From positions 83,181 through 147,166 of the forward strand of contig NW_015170318.1 in NCBI RefSeq assembly GCF_001447785.1: 63,986 bases of DNA, given 5' to 3'. The position numbers and the translations under genes were made by a program. Shown here one piece after another: positions 1-12,071 of the stretch (the first letter of the stretch is position 1; the number at the start of each line of letters is the position of its first letter). The DNA is from Gekko japonicus. Lineage: Eukaryota. The notes beneath the pieces were generated by a model. That model did no database searches. It saw only the letters and a list, made by a program, of their open reading frames with translations, and was not told where the DNA came from.

Positions 1-704
1 GCTCACAGTTTTTTAGCTTCCAGCTCACACATTTTTGTCTTCACTCAGGAAGGGATGGTTCCAGAGCAAACTAATTTATGCAGGAGCCCAATCGCTCGCT
101 CACAACTCTAATGCCAGTAGGCTCACAAAGTAGCACTTTTGCTCACAAGATTCCACAGCTTAGAGGGAACATTGCCCAACAGGTCCAGGCTTTCACGAGA
201 AGCTTCCCACAGCGGACGTGTCACAACCACGCTGGGCTAATCCTTCCCCGTTTCCGGACCTGCCTCTTGAACAACTATAGGAAGCCTTCCCTAACCTGCT
301 CTTGCGACCTTCTCCTCTTGGGTACCTAAACCACCAACTGCCCTGAGTTGGGACACACAAGGAGTTCCCCGAATTAGGGGTTACAAAAAGTGTGGTTCTT
401 CTTTGGTTAGACCCTTGGCCTACTTCTTTCTCAGTTTAGGCTCAAATGGCATGTCTTTAAGAATAGCTTTCATGTGTTCCAGCACAGACCAAGGAAGACC
501 AGGTTATGGCATGAAGGCAGGGCAAGGCAAACCACCTCTTGCCTTGAAGATCCTACCGGGTCGCCTGCCTCCACATCGCAACCCTGGACTTCCTTCAAGG
601 TCTCCCATCCAAACACTAACCAGGGCTGACCCTGCTTGGCTTCCAGGAGCTGACAAGATTGGGCTAGCCTGGCCCATCCAGGTCAGGGCAAATAAGTGAG
701 CACA

Positions 705-1158
705 GGCCCCGGTCACACGGGCCGGATATCGCGGGGGGAGGCGTGGCTAATTGCCCCGGAGGAAACTAAGGCGTGGGCGCCCGAGCACACGTCCCGGTCG
801 ACGTTCCATGGTTCAGGGGAAATGCCAATCAGACGGGTATCCTGCAGCGCGGCACAGAAGCCACGCCGCGCGATCGCACTAGCAATCGCTCTTTGTGCGC
901 ATGCGCTGTTGGGCGCGGAGACAAACAGCAGCAGGCGCCGGATGCCACGTAAGTCCACCGGGAACACGATCAGATGCCTGCCGTTGGCCCGCAGTTTCAA
1001 GGAACTAGTACCTCGTAGGTACTAGTTTTTAACTCCGCGCCTTCAGCGAGGAGCCACGGGAGCACTGCGCTTCCCAGATGTTGGGGTGAGATCACGCCCG
1101 GAAAATCCGCGGGACTCCCGTGCCTCTCCCATGGCAACTTTGCCGTGTGACTGCGGCC
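705..1158. mobile_element. CpG-rich PIF/Harbinger-like MITE, 454 bp
   Basis: GGCC..GTCACACGG TIRs; 3-bp TSD ACA; empty site visible in the paralogous block at ~20141. Confidence 0.85.
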
Positions 1159-2029
1159 ACAGTTCATAAGCAGTGTAAGAGAGAAGAGCCAGGGCTGCAC
1201 TACACCCTGCAGCGGGGAAGGATTCACTGGGGTGTCTGATGAAAGGACAGGCACGGGGTGTTGAGCAGAGAGGTTCCTGAAAGATTCATTGTGTGGCACC
1301 TGTGCACCTCAAGGGAAAGAGAATTGTGCATAAAATACAAGAATCAGTGATGTGGGTTGGAGGGGAAATGTAAAGCCAGGTCATCTCTGCCATGTACAAG
1401 CGAAGAATCAAAGGCAATGACAAACACAAGAATCCACTCCAAACGGCAAACCCAACAGAAACCATCTTGTGCTAAGAATACAAATGTCGCAAAACCAATG
1501 AGACCTATTTAAAAAGAATAGGCTAAAATGAAACCAACACAGCAAAGCAGTAACAAGACAAAGAAGTCAAGGAACCACAAATCAGGGGTGGTGGTCGTCC
1601 TGGGAGCCTTCAAATGCTGCCTCCCGATATTTTTAGCTTATCCTGAATATTTCCAGGATTCAGGACTATTAGGGATCCACTCCCTGGTATCCCAGAAAAT
1701 TCTCAATACCTCCAAGAGACCTGAATAGATCTGGAACATGCCAATAAGGTATTTTTCAAATGTATATTTGGATCAGATATACCCAAATGCACATCCTTAT
1801 TGCGAACACATGGTGTGATTTTTTCCTATACTTTTCACACTTTTTTTTTACAATAATTTCAGTGTTGTCCACCAAAACATTTTCATATGCTCATGGGATT
1901 CTTCACATATTAGGCTTTGCCATGTTCTTACTGACCATAGGAATGTCTGTCGTTTATTTTAAATAATGAAAAGATCTACCTGTCTTCCTGTCCGTATGTC
2001 CGTCAGGCTATGGCATGCACGACTCCTCC

Positions 2030-2290
2030 GAATACAAACTTAGGGGGTTTATTTATGCAAATATTGACAGCTGCAAGGATTTTGTATGCAAACGTTTGGA
2101 AAAATGAAAATATACCAACAAAAGAAGATTTTATTTATAAATTACTAGAAGTTGCAGAAATGGAGAAACTAACTTTCATTATTCAAGATAAAAATGATAA
2201 TTTGTTTGATAATTATTGGTCGTGAGTTTATATTTGGTTTAAAAAAATTGTAAACGGTCTAATTATTAGGTGAAGGGTTATGATTTGTAC
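2030..2290 (+). mobile_element. L1/Tx1-clade LINE ORF2 C-terminal fragment
   Basis: TAARILYANVWK..IPT..KLLEVAEMEKLT...W, typical non-mammalian L1 3' end; AT-rich. Confidence 0.7.
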
Positions 2291-2350
2291 TGGAAGATTC
2301 TCTGTATTAGGATATACAAGGGGGGGACCCGCGATACTCGCGGGGGGGCA

Positions 2351-3110
2351 GTCTCTCTCTCTCCCCCCGTTCTCTCTCTTCCCCCCCAGTCTCTCTCTCT
2401 CCCCCCATTCTCTCTCTTCCCCCCAGTCTCTCTCTCCCCCCATTCTCTCTCTTCCCCCCCAGTCTCTCTCCCCCCCTTCTCTCTCCCCCTTCTCTCTCTT
2501 CCCCCTAGTNNNNNNNNNNNNNNNNNNNNNNNNNNNNNNNNNNNNNNNNNNNNNNNNNNNNNNNNNNNNNNNNNNNNNNNNNNNNNNNNNNNNNNNNNNN
2601 NNNNNNNNNNNNNNNNNNNNNNNNNNNNNNNNNNNNNNNNNNNNNNNNNNNNNNNNNNNNNNNNNNNNNNNNNNNNNNNNNNNNNNNNNNNNNNNNNNNN
2701 NNNNNNNNNNNNNNNNNNNNNNNNNNNNNNNNNNNNNNNNNNNNNNNNNNNNNNNNNNNNNNNNNNNNNNNNNNNNNNNNNNNNNNNNNNNNNNNNNNNN
2801 NNNNNNNNNNNNNNNNNNNNNNNNNNNNNNNNNNNNNNNNNNNNNNNNNNNNNNNNNNNNNNNNNNNNNNNNNNNNNNNNNNNNNNNNNNNNNNNNNNNN
2901 NNNNNNNNNNNNNNNNNNNNNNNNNNNNNNNNNNNNNNNNNNNNNNNNNNNNNNNNNNNNNNNNNNNNNNNNNNNNNNNNNNNNNNNNNNNNNNNNNNNN
3001 NNNNNNNNNNNNNNNNNNNNNNNNNNNNCTCTCTCCCCTGCCTTGTCTCTCTTCCCCCCCAGTCTATCTCTCTCTCTCTCTCCGAGTCCCCTCCCCGACT
3101 TTCTTCCCCC
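2351..3110. repeat. CT-rich low-complexity repeat spanning assembly gap 2510-3028
   Basis: Repeated ctctctctccccccc units on both sides of the N run. Confidence 0.9.
2510..3028. other. Assembly gap (others: 20267-20284, 33088-33148, 60768-60798)
   Basis: N runs. Confidence 0.99.
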
Positions 3111-4210
3111 TCTTCACCTGTCTCTCGCCGCCACCGCCACTGCTGGGCCTCTCCGGCCGTTCGGTTCCTTTCCCGTGCATGGAAGCCAGGTAGGTCGCAG
3201 AGCGTTCCGTGCGCATGCGCACGGAACGCTCTGGCACTTTCGGGGGGATTTAAACATCCCCCCCGAAAGTTTTTTCAACATTTAGCATTTTTGTGCACAC
3301 GTGGGGACCACCCCACATGTGCACAAACCTCTCCCTCCCCCCAAAGTGCCCCCGATGTCCAGATCTAAGGATCCGCACAGAGGGGGCCAGTTCAGTATTA
3401 GATATATAGATTGGTAAGCAAATTGAATTCATGTTTAAATGAATTTTTTTTTAAAAAGTATTAATAAAAAAAGAAAAGAAAGGCAGGCATTTGAAAACTG
3501 CCCCACCCCCAACTCAGAGCAGACCAAAAGAGAAAAACAGTCCTGCATCGGTGGCCAGTTCCGGCAGCCTGCCCGTTGTCCTTCTCCAGGACTTCCCAAC
3601 AGCTGAAGGGATGTAAGCATACAATTTCCTTGCAACGATTCTTCTGTAGAAGTGGTTTTCTGCTTAAGCTTCTTAAAAAGAACTATTTCCCCTCACAATC
3701 CATTTGTTCACTGCCCCTTTACACCTTAGGGAAGAAAAACCATTGATCTTGGCAGTGCATATTGGCTGGTCCCAATTCAAAGTCCTGGTATCGTCTTTTA
3801 AAGCTTTCCACGCCTTGCGGTCTGTATCCCTTCATGGTTGCCTACTTCCGTATGAGCCTACATGACCACTATGGTCATTTCCTGAGGCCCTGGCCCGGGG
3901 ACCTTCACCTGCCCTGCTCCTGGTGCTGTTGGGCAATCTCCAGCCTTTTGTCCACACTATCTGCCATCGGAATGTGGAAAGACCGTAGAGGCGAGGGAGT
4001 CCGATATGGAGCATCACCTGCCTCAACAGTTCCCGCGTGCTGCCCATCTCCATTCACAGGGGGCCTGCTGTGAGGAGCAGGCGGCAGGGTCCTCTTCTCC
4101 AAAAAGCAGGCTGTTCCTGGCCCTGCTCCACTCTACTTGCCAGATGCCTGCCATCACCTGCTCTGTCTCTCTCTCTCTCTCTTTCTCTCTCTAGTCTCCT
4201 TGGTGTCACC

Positions 4211-4605
4211 CAGGGCTATTTTTGGGCAGGAACGCACAGGAACGGAGTTCTGGCTGGCTCCTCAGTTGGCCACGCCCAGCAGGAACTCATTAGCATAATA
4301 GGCCACACCCAACAGCAGAAACTCATTCGGATTGGCTACATTAGGGGTGTGTGGCCTAACATGCAAAGGAGTTCCTGCTACAAAAAAAGCCCTGGGTTTT
4401 GACAACAAACAAGGTAAACAGAATAAGAAGCAAAAGGTGGGTGTGGCTGGGGGACCACATTTCTGGTAATGTGGGGGTGTGGCCTAATATGCTAATGCGC
4501 TGCTATCTCAGGGTATGGCCTAATGTGCTAATGATTCCCTGCTGTTGGGTGTGGCCTATTATGCTAATGAGTGCCTGCTGGGCATTTTCTACCAAAAAAG
4601 CCCTG
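4211..4605. mobile_element. hAT-type MITE family 3 (also 26368-26761, 48734-49039)
   Basis: TIR CAGGGCT(A/T)TTTT; TSD GTGTCACC; internal gggtgtggcctaatatgctaatg repeats. Confidence 0.82.
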
Positions 4606-5158
4606 GTGTCACCCACCAATGCTGTGCAGTCATAGCTGCCTCCCTTGGTTCTGGGCACAGCCTGAGCTCACCCAGTTGCCGATGCCTTCCTTCCTTGGCC
4701 CACCCAGGCTGTCGTGGTGCCAACTGGCACGCATAGAGCTGCTACCCCCTGATGCCATGGCCACCTCGTCTCCTTCTTATATCTAGAGGCTTTAGGGTGT
4801 GATGTTGAGCGCTCTCCTCCCTTCCTTCTATTAACCTCTTTAGTTCTCCAGGCCTAAAGCTGCATTATGAGAGGCTGTGGGTCAGTGGTGGAGCATGTGC
4901 ATGGCACACAGGAGGTCCCAGGTTCAATCCCCAGTGTCTTCAGTAACAAGGCCCAGGCAGTAGTTGATGGGAAAGACCTCTGTCTGTGGACCTTCGGTAG
5001 GTCGATCTTCCAGCAACTGACCCATGCTTTCTAATGCTGGTGACATCACTCTGTTTAAGGGTACAGTCTATGATAGCCAGAAGTGAATAGTCATCAAGTC
5101 TGGAGGAAGACCTTGACTTCTTGGGGGTTGTCCATAAATTACACTGTAGATTTAACAC

Positions 5159-5573
5159 CAGGGGTCATTTCCTGCAGGAGCGCACAGGAGCCAAGCTCCG
5201 GCAGTAAAGAGCCCAGGGGGCGGGCACATGCAACAAGCCCTGCCTCCTGCTCCCAGCTGCCCTCAGTCAGAGCAAGAAGCAGCCAGGTCAGCTACAGAGC
5301 CCCCCCAGGCCCCCCCGGTCCAAAACAGTCCAGTGGCACCTTTAAGACCAGGTTTTATTCAGGTACAAGCTTTCCCTCCTCTGTGAAGGCAGATCTGCAC
5401 ACACACACCCCAATAGCTAGCAATTCAAAACAGTCCAGTGGAGCCTGAGCGGTGGGTGTTGCCTTCTGACACACTTCCAGTGATGTCAGGGGTGTGTGGC
5501 ATATGCAAATAAGTCATGTTAATGAGTTATGCTAATGAGCTCCTGCGCCTCTTTTTCTACAAAATAACTCCTG
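5159..5573. mobile_element. ~400-bp hAT-type MITE family 2 (also 10160-10564, 42707-43103)
   Basis: TIR CAGGGGTCATTT; 8-bp TSDs TTTAACAC, C(T/C)GCAGAC, GTCTCCCT. Confidence 0.88.
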
Positions 5574-6009
5574 TTTAACACACACACCCATCTTTAACCC
5601 TCTCCACCATTTTTTGCCCCTGCATAATATGTGTGAAATATTTTAAATGCCTCCTTGATCTGCTTTGCTCAAGATCTTCCCTCGAAGGGGGGGGAGAAAC
5701 CCTTAAATTGTCACTCTCGGGGACAAAACCTGCAAATTCTCTCAAACCCTTCCCAGCAATTTTAAAGGGCACCAATTCAAAGGGTCAAGATTTCCCGAAA
5801 CAGAGAAAAAAGGTTTACTCCATCCATGACCCCTATCCCATGTTATGTAGTCTGATGGATAGAATGCTGACTAGAACTTGGGGAGACCCAGGTTCGAATC
5901 CTTCTCTCTCAGGGTAAACGAGCTCACAGAGCTAGCCATCCTCCATGTATGCCGCCTTGGACATATTGGTGGAAATAAAGAGTAGAAACTGGTAAATAAA
6001 ACCAGCATA

Positions 6010-6346
6010 GGTAAAGGTAAAGGTTCCCTTGCTTGAAAGCCAGTCGAATCCGACTCTAGGGTTGCGGTGCTCAAGAGCCAGCGCTGTCCGAAGACATTTC
6101 CGTGGTCATGTGGCCGGCATGACTAAACACCAAGACACACGGAACGCTGTTACCTTCCCACTGAAGTGGTACCTATTTATCTACTTGCAATTTCTTGCTT
6201 TCGAACTGCTAGGTTGGCAGGAGCTGGAACGAGAGATGGGAGCTCACTCCGTCGTGCGGCACACTCGGGGGTCTCGAAGTGCTGAACTACCGACTTTCCA
6301 CAGCCTGCAGTTCAGTGTCTTGACCACTTGAGCCACAGCAGCTCCT
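6010..6346 (-). mobile_element. Sauria SINE
   Basis: (ACCTTT)n tail at left, tRNA-derived head at right, conserved gtggccggcatgac core; short aaaccagca flanking duplication. Confidence 0.88.
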
Positions 6347-6539
6347 CAAACCAGCAGACAGATAAATAAAACCAACATCACTTTGCTGTTATTAGCCCTT
6401 GAAAGAGAAAGAGGAAAAGGTCGTACCCTTAAAGGACTAATAACGCTGCAGGAAAGGGAGAAATGGCTCAGCTTCCATTACAGAAACCCCATGGCAGTTA
6501 TACCTCTTCTCCCACCATGTTGCACTACTGATCTGAATC

Positions 6540-9297
6540 GGGGCCTTGCGCAGCGAAGGTACGCGGCGAAGGTACGAGGCTGGCCAGATGGGGTGCTAGC
6601 TGAACAGTACCGGGTGGGACTCCACCCTGAGATTTGGGAGACCATCCTGCGGAGTGTGCACCCCATCTCCCTCAATGCATGGGTGCGGGAAGCTGCAGGT
6701 GCCAAGGCCTGCCTCCAGATGATCAAGATCAACACATCAGTCTTAAAAAAACCCCACAGGGCAGGGGGGAATGGCGGGAAAACTGAAAGCCCCTAAGCCA
6801 AAGACGGACATCAGAGGCCTTCGCATGAGACAGGGTCTCTGCCTCCATTGCAGAGAGGCGGGGCATTTCGCCGCCGAGTACCCCGGGACTGTGGGAAGGC
6901 CTGCTCTGGCTAAAGACCCAGAATGGAAGAAAGTGGACACCCTGCTGAAGAAGGGGCCGGCTAAAGCTAAGTTGCAACGAGCCCTTCAGTTCAAGGTCCT
7001 GGAAGAACACTCCAGCTCCAGCAGCACTGAGGGGGAGGAACCGGTGGGAAAAGGCCGGGACCTGCTGCGAATGATGCAGAGCAGCAGGTCCAACATCCCC
7101 GCGCCATGTACAGTGAGCAATTACCCCCTTCTCTTTTTCGTGACTGTGACAGTAATGAACCCCGATTTGGCCACGCACGTGCGGGCTCGAGCCCTTATCG
7201 ACTTGGGGTGTACCAGAGACTTGATAAGCCCCTCTTTGGTGATGGGGTTGGGGGCTCCAGTGGTGGAGCTCGCCAAGCCCATAGTATTCACCCAAATGGA
7301 TGGCTCCTCAATGAAGGAGCCGTGTAAATAGCAGACCGTGCCACTGCGGATGGGGGCGGGGGAGCATTGGGAACACCGACTGTTTTTTATCACCCCTGCC
7401 GCGAGGTTTCCCCTGGTGTCGGGGAGCCCCTGGTCACATGACCACAACCCGTATCTCTTGTGGGATGAGGGGAAGGTGCAATTCATTTCCTCAGAGACCA
7501 CAGCTGGGACTCTAACTGGGGAGTGGCCCCTCCCGATAAACTGGTGTGGGCTTATCTCGTGGAGGAGGAGTTACAGACCATTCCCCCCCCTTACCAGGAC
7601 TTGGTTCGGGTGTTTGAAGAGGAGGGGGGACGAGTTGCCCCCCCCCCAGGAATACTGACTGTGCAATTGAACTATTATCGGGGCAGAAACTCCCGAAGGG
7701 CAAGCTTTATGCCATGAGCCCGGCAGAGAGGGAGGAGCTGAGGAAGTTCATTGACAAGAGCCTTGTGTGGGGTTTCATTCACCCTGCTTCTTCTCTGTTT
7801 GCCACCCATGTATTGTTCCGGAAGAAGAAAGATGGGGGCCTTCATCTCTGTATGGATTACCGGGGCCTCACTAGGGCTTATCCCCTCCCTCTCATAAAAG
7901 ATCTGTTGGCTGAGGCCGCCAAGGGAAAGGTCTTTTCTAAGTTGGACTTGAGGGATGCATACTTCAGGGTTCGCATCAAGGAGGGGAACGAGTACAAGAT
8001 TGCCTTCAATACACCACTGGGGGAATTCGAATATAGAGTGATGCCGTTCAGCCTCCAGGGGGTGCCTGCAATGTTTATGAACGATAAATGAGGTGTTGCA
8101 CAAGCATTTGTTTAGGGGGACCCTTATTTATCTAGATGATATCTTGCTGTACTCCCCCAATGAACAATCACATGTTAAATTGGTGTGAGAGGTACTCAGA
8201 CCCTCTATAAACACAAGCTATGTGCTAAGCGGTCAAAGTGTGAGTCCCACCTGGATGAAATTGACTTTTTGAGCTATCACATCTCCCCTCAGGTTTTGAA
8301 ATGGACCCCGCAAAGGTGCACGATGTCTTGGGGTGGGAGGGGGGCCCCCACACCCATAGGCAGCTCCAATCCTTCATCGGATTCGCCAATTTTTACAGAA
8401 ATTTTATCGCTAATTTCGCCCAGGTCAGCCTCCCCCTCACAGACTTGTTAAAAACTAAGGGGAAGGGCCTGGAGAGCACCGAACCCAGTGCTCGGTGGAA
8501 CTGGACGCCTGAATGCCAGGAGGCATCAGAGAGACTTCAGACATTATTTACTTCAAAACCGGTGTTAGCGCATCCTGATGAAAATAAAAAAAATATCATT
8601 CAGGTGGACGCATCGGATGTGGCTATGGGCGAGGCCATCTTGCAAGAAGGGGGGGATGGCAAACTGCACCCCCTTGCTTATGTGTGCCGGAAATTCAGCA
8701 CCACAGACCGTAATTGGGCAGTTTGGGATAAGGACGCTGGAGCCATCCGGCTCGCCCTCTCCACTTGGAGACATTGGCTAGACGGGGTGCGGGTGCCATT
8801 TGAGGTGTGGACTGATCATAAAAACCTGAAGGTCAGTTTGGTGTAGTGGTTAAGCGTGCTGACTCTAATCTAGGAGAACCGGGTTTGATTCCCCACTCCT
8901 CCATTTGCCCCTGCTGGTGTGAACTTGGGTCAGTGACAAGCTCTGGCACAGCTGTTCCTGAAAGAGCAGTTTGTGTCAGAGTTCTCTCAGCCCCACCCAC
9001 CTCACAGGGTGTCTGTTGTGGGGAGGGGAAGGGAAATGGGTTTGTAAGCCGCTCTGAGACTCCAAGTGAAGGGCAGGATATAAATCCAATCTCTTCTCTT
9101 CTTCTTCTTCTTCTTCCTCTGCAGCCCCCACAACCTCAACGCCAAGCAACTGAGGTGTGCTGATTTCTTTTCGAAGTTCCAATTCACCTTACATCATTTT
9201 CCCAGGAAGGCGAACTCCTTAGCCGACGCTCTCTCGTGCCTCCCACAACATGATAGCCAAAGGGAAGGCGTGGTGGACTTGATATTCACCCCCGTTC
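6540..9297 (+). mobile_element. Degenerate Ty3/Gypsy (Sushi-like) LTR retrotransposon internal region: gag-PR-RT-RNase H
   Basis: Zn knuckle CLHCREAGHFAAEY; protease ALIDLGCT; RT LDLRDAYF, YRVMPF and YLDD (~8149); RNase H VDASD, TDHKNL and ADALS; many stops and frameshifts; split by a SINE at 8832-9117; no integrase or LTRs seen. Confidence 0.93.
8832..9117 (+). mobile_element. Squam3-like (MIR/Ther1-derived) tRNA SINE; other copies ~33149-33372(-), 35828-36115(+), 38220-38716(+), 40047-40325(-), 52005-52286(+), 53840-54102(-)
   Basis: A/B-box head tggtgtagtggtt...ggtttgattcc, MIR-like core acctcacagggt, (CTT)n tail; at least 7 copies in the window. Family name from recall. Confidence 0.75.
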
Positions 9298-9369
9298 AGC
9301 TGTGTTCTCTCTAAGCTGAGTTAGTGTGAGCTGAGTCACAGTTTTTTAGCCTCTGGCTCCCATGTTTTT

Positions 9370-9652
9370 GGCTGATTTCACACTAGAGCTGCCTCGATGT
9401 TGCGCCGCCGTTGGCCCCGATACTATTGGTCAATTTCACACCCGAAGTTGCGGGGCTGCATTTTCACCTGCGGCTTCACCCGATTTCCCCCGCAGTTTCG
9501 TGATCCTGTATTTTGAGGATCACAAAACTGCGGAGGAAATTGGGTGAAGCCGTGGGTCAAATGCAGCCCTGCGGCTTCGGGTGTGAAATTGACCAATAGT
9601 ATCGGGACAAATGGTGGCGCAACATCGAGACAGCTCTAGTGCGAAATCAGCC
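9370..9652. mobile_element. Foldback palindromic MITE (Harbinger-like) nested in a hAT MITE
   Basis: Whole 283 bp is an imperfect inverted repeat (GGCTGATTTC...GAAATCAGCC); 3-bp TSD TTT deduced from host consensus. Confidence 0.85.
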
Positions 9653-10666
9653 TTTGTCTTAGCTCAGGAAGGATGGGTCCAGAGCAAACTCATTTATGAA
9701 GCAGCCAAATCGCTCCCTCACAACTTTAATGCCAGTAGCTCACGAAGTAGAACCTTTGCTCACAAGCTTAGAAGGAGCATTGCCCATAGGTGCGTTGGCC
9801 CCATAGGTCAATCAAGTGCTGCCCGTCACAAGGGAGATTTTGTTGCTGTTGTTTTGGTCTCACTCACATCGTCTCACACAGACCTGCATCCGAAATTAGA
9901 GTGGCAACAGATTTCCGGTGCTGGGACAGAGAAGGCTTTGTCCTACTGCGTCCAGAACACCAGAGAACACCTAGATCCAAGTAGCAGCTTAAAGACCAAC
10001 AAGATTTGGGCATATACTCTTTGGAGAGTCAACGTTCCCCTCCTTGGATAGGAAGGTTATCTGACAAAGGGAGCGAAGACTTTCAAAAGCTCGTGCCCCG
10101 AAAATCCAGTTGGTCTCCAGGGTGCCACTGGACTCCAACCTCGCTGCTCTACTGCAGACCAGGGGTCATTTTCTGTAGGAGCGCACAGGAGTGGAGCTCC
10201 GGCAGCAAAGAGCCCAGGGGGCGGGCACATGCAACAAGCCCCACCCCCTGCTCCCAGCAGCCCTCAGTCAGAGCAAGAAGCAGCCAGGTAAGTTGCAGAG
10301 CCCCCACCCCACCCCGGTCCAAAACAGTCCAGTGGCACCTTTAAGACCAAGTTTTATTCAGGTACAAGCTCTCCCTCCTCTGTGAGGACAGATCTGCACG
10401 TTCCCCGCCCCCACAAAATAGCTAGCAATCCAAAAAAGTCCAGTGGAGGCTGAGCAGTGGGTGTTGCCTTCTGACACACTTCCGGTGAGGTCAGGGGGTG
10501 TGGCGTATGCAAATAAGTTATGCTAATGAGCTCCTGCACCTCTTTTTCTACGAAATGACCCCTGCCGCAGACCAACGGGGCTGATCTCTGAAACGATCTT
10601 CATGGAGAACACCAGAGGGCAGCCCAGTGCAAGGAAATAAACACAGGAATCACAATGATAACCGGC

Positions 10667-10672
10667 TTTATT
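10667..10672 (-). terminator. Polyadenylation signal of gene 1
   Basis: AATAAA on the minus strand about 300 nt after the stop, followed by a GT/T-rich element. Confidence 0.7.
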
Positions 10673-10968
10673 GTATACAGGGGAGCAGCGGGGGAGCAGG
10701 AAGGAGAGGGACCCCTTCTGGAGTCTGCAGAAGCAACGGTGGCTTAACGGTGGCCTAGCACCACGACTGTGCTACGTCCTCATACCAAGGAGGCCAGGAG
10801 ACATCACGAGTGGCTTAAGTGGTGCCTTGCATTCGAAGGGAGCAGCTAATACTCCGCACAGCATTATGACTAGCTCTGGGTGCAAGAGAGGCAGGGGCAC
10901 GGAGCAGCAAGCCGGGGAAGCAGGGTGCTCGGCCCGGCCCGAGGGGAGCTGCCACCTCTCCCGTGGGG

Positions 10969-11400
10969 CTACGTGGAGGAGATGTAGCGGACCGGGAGCC
11001 CTTCCTTGCAGGTGACCCGGATCCTCGTAATTTTGCTCTCCCCCTTGTACCTGCAGAGCAACTTGCCCAGGAACCTCCTGCGCCTGCAGGTGGTGATGGG
11101 GAAGAGGATTTTGCTGCGGGTGTTGCCATCCATGATCTGCCCTCTGGAGTTGCAGATGGACTTCAGCTGCTCTTCGGTGGTGTGGATGAAGGTGTTCTTC
11201 CGCTGGCAGGCCATGCCTCTGCGGCTCATCATCTGTTTGCAGTAGTGGCTGTTGCTGCCGAAGTTCATTTTGGGGTTGTCCACGTGCTTCGTCAGAAAAG
11301 TTCTGTAGGTCGTGCCTTGGCAGGGCAGCCACAGACAGGCTGCCGTTGCCAGGAGCAGGAGGCAAAGGGTGTGGCCGGAGGGACCCCCGGGAGACACCAT
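10969..11400 (-). CDS. Secreted RNase A-superfamily protein (gene 1), predicted catalytically inactive, cationic, 143 aa
   Basis: True ATG at 11400 (ORF track starts at an upstream GTG). Signal peptide ends ...LWLPCQG; FLTKH keeps His12; CQRKNTF has Lys41->Gln; LPVR has His119->Arg; 6 mature Cys. Polypyrimidine+CAG acceptor at 11431; AATAAA (-) at 10667-10672. Confidence 0.93.
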   Translation of the reverse strand: MVSPGGPSGHTLCLLLLATAACLWLPCQGTTYRTFLTKHVDNPKMNFGSNSHYCKQMMSRRGMACQRKNTFIHTTEEQLKSICNSRGQIMDGNTRSKILFPITTCRRRRFLGKLLCRYKGESKITRIRVTCKEGLPVRYISST

Positions 11401-11491
11401 CACTGGGACCTTTGAAGTGGTGCTCTCGATCTGCAGAGGCGAGAGAAGAAGACAGGGGGGAAGAGCCTCACCTTCAACAGCTGCCAGAAGG

Positions 11492-11950
11492 ATAGGGTCG
11501 CCAGCCTCCAGCTGGGGCCTGGAGATCTCCCGCTTTTACAAGTGATCTCCTGCTGGCAGAACTCGGCTCCCCTGGAGGAAATGGCCGCTTTGAAGGGTGG
11601 ACTCTGTGGCATTGTACCATGCTGAGGCCCCTCCCCTCCCCAAACCCCGCCCTCTCCTGGCTCCACCCCCAAAGTCTCCAGGTCTTTCCCAACCCAGACC
11701 TGGCAAAACCCTACAGAAGTAACCCTGGGAAGGGTTGCTAGCTTCCGAGGATGGCCGGGGGGGGGGTCTCCTGGAATGACCACTAATCTCCAGACCACTG
11801 AGGTCTGCTCCCCTGGAGAAAGGACAGCCGCTTTGCCCAGTGGGGTCTCTGGCGTCCTATCCCTTCTGAGCCCCACCCCCAAATTCTTGCCCTCCCCAGG
11901 CACCACCCCCGAATTTCCAGGAACTTCCCAAACTGGAGTTGGCAACCCAG
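11492..11950. mobile_element. Abundant unclassified ~220-bp non-autonomous DNA element with AGGGTTGCCA-type TIRs (two adjacent copies; many more, e.g. ~16655-16880, 18803-18980, 20940-21185, 46050-46260, 53500-53720, 62715-63790)
   Basis: Recurrent agggttgccaa...tggcaaccct ends and tcccctggagaaaatggctgct core. Confidence 0.7.
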
Positions 11951-12071
11951 AGACATAAGAACATGAGAGAAGCCAGAGTTGGATCAGGCCAAGGGCCCAT
12001 CCAGTCCAGCTCTCTGTGTCACACAGTGGCCAGAAATAGCAGGGGCTATCAGGAGGTCCAACAGTGGGGCC

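Noticed and set aside
2270-3368. 300+ aa ORFs
   Set aside because: Artefacts of the N gap and CT repeat.
4873-4940. tRNA gene (also other A/B-box hits)
   Set aside because: Continues into a SINE body; no intact cloverleaf.
6540-9297. Domesticated PEG10/RTL-like gene
   Set aside because: Many stops and frameshifts, mutated Zn knuckle and protease motif, SINE insertion in RNase H.
10772-11415. Long overlapping ORFs (197 aa -, 150 aa +) over gene 1; likewise 26918-27385, 42811-43590 and 55456-55962
   Set aside because: Shadow frames of GC-rich RNase exons; no motifs or gene signals.
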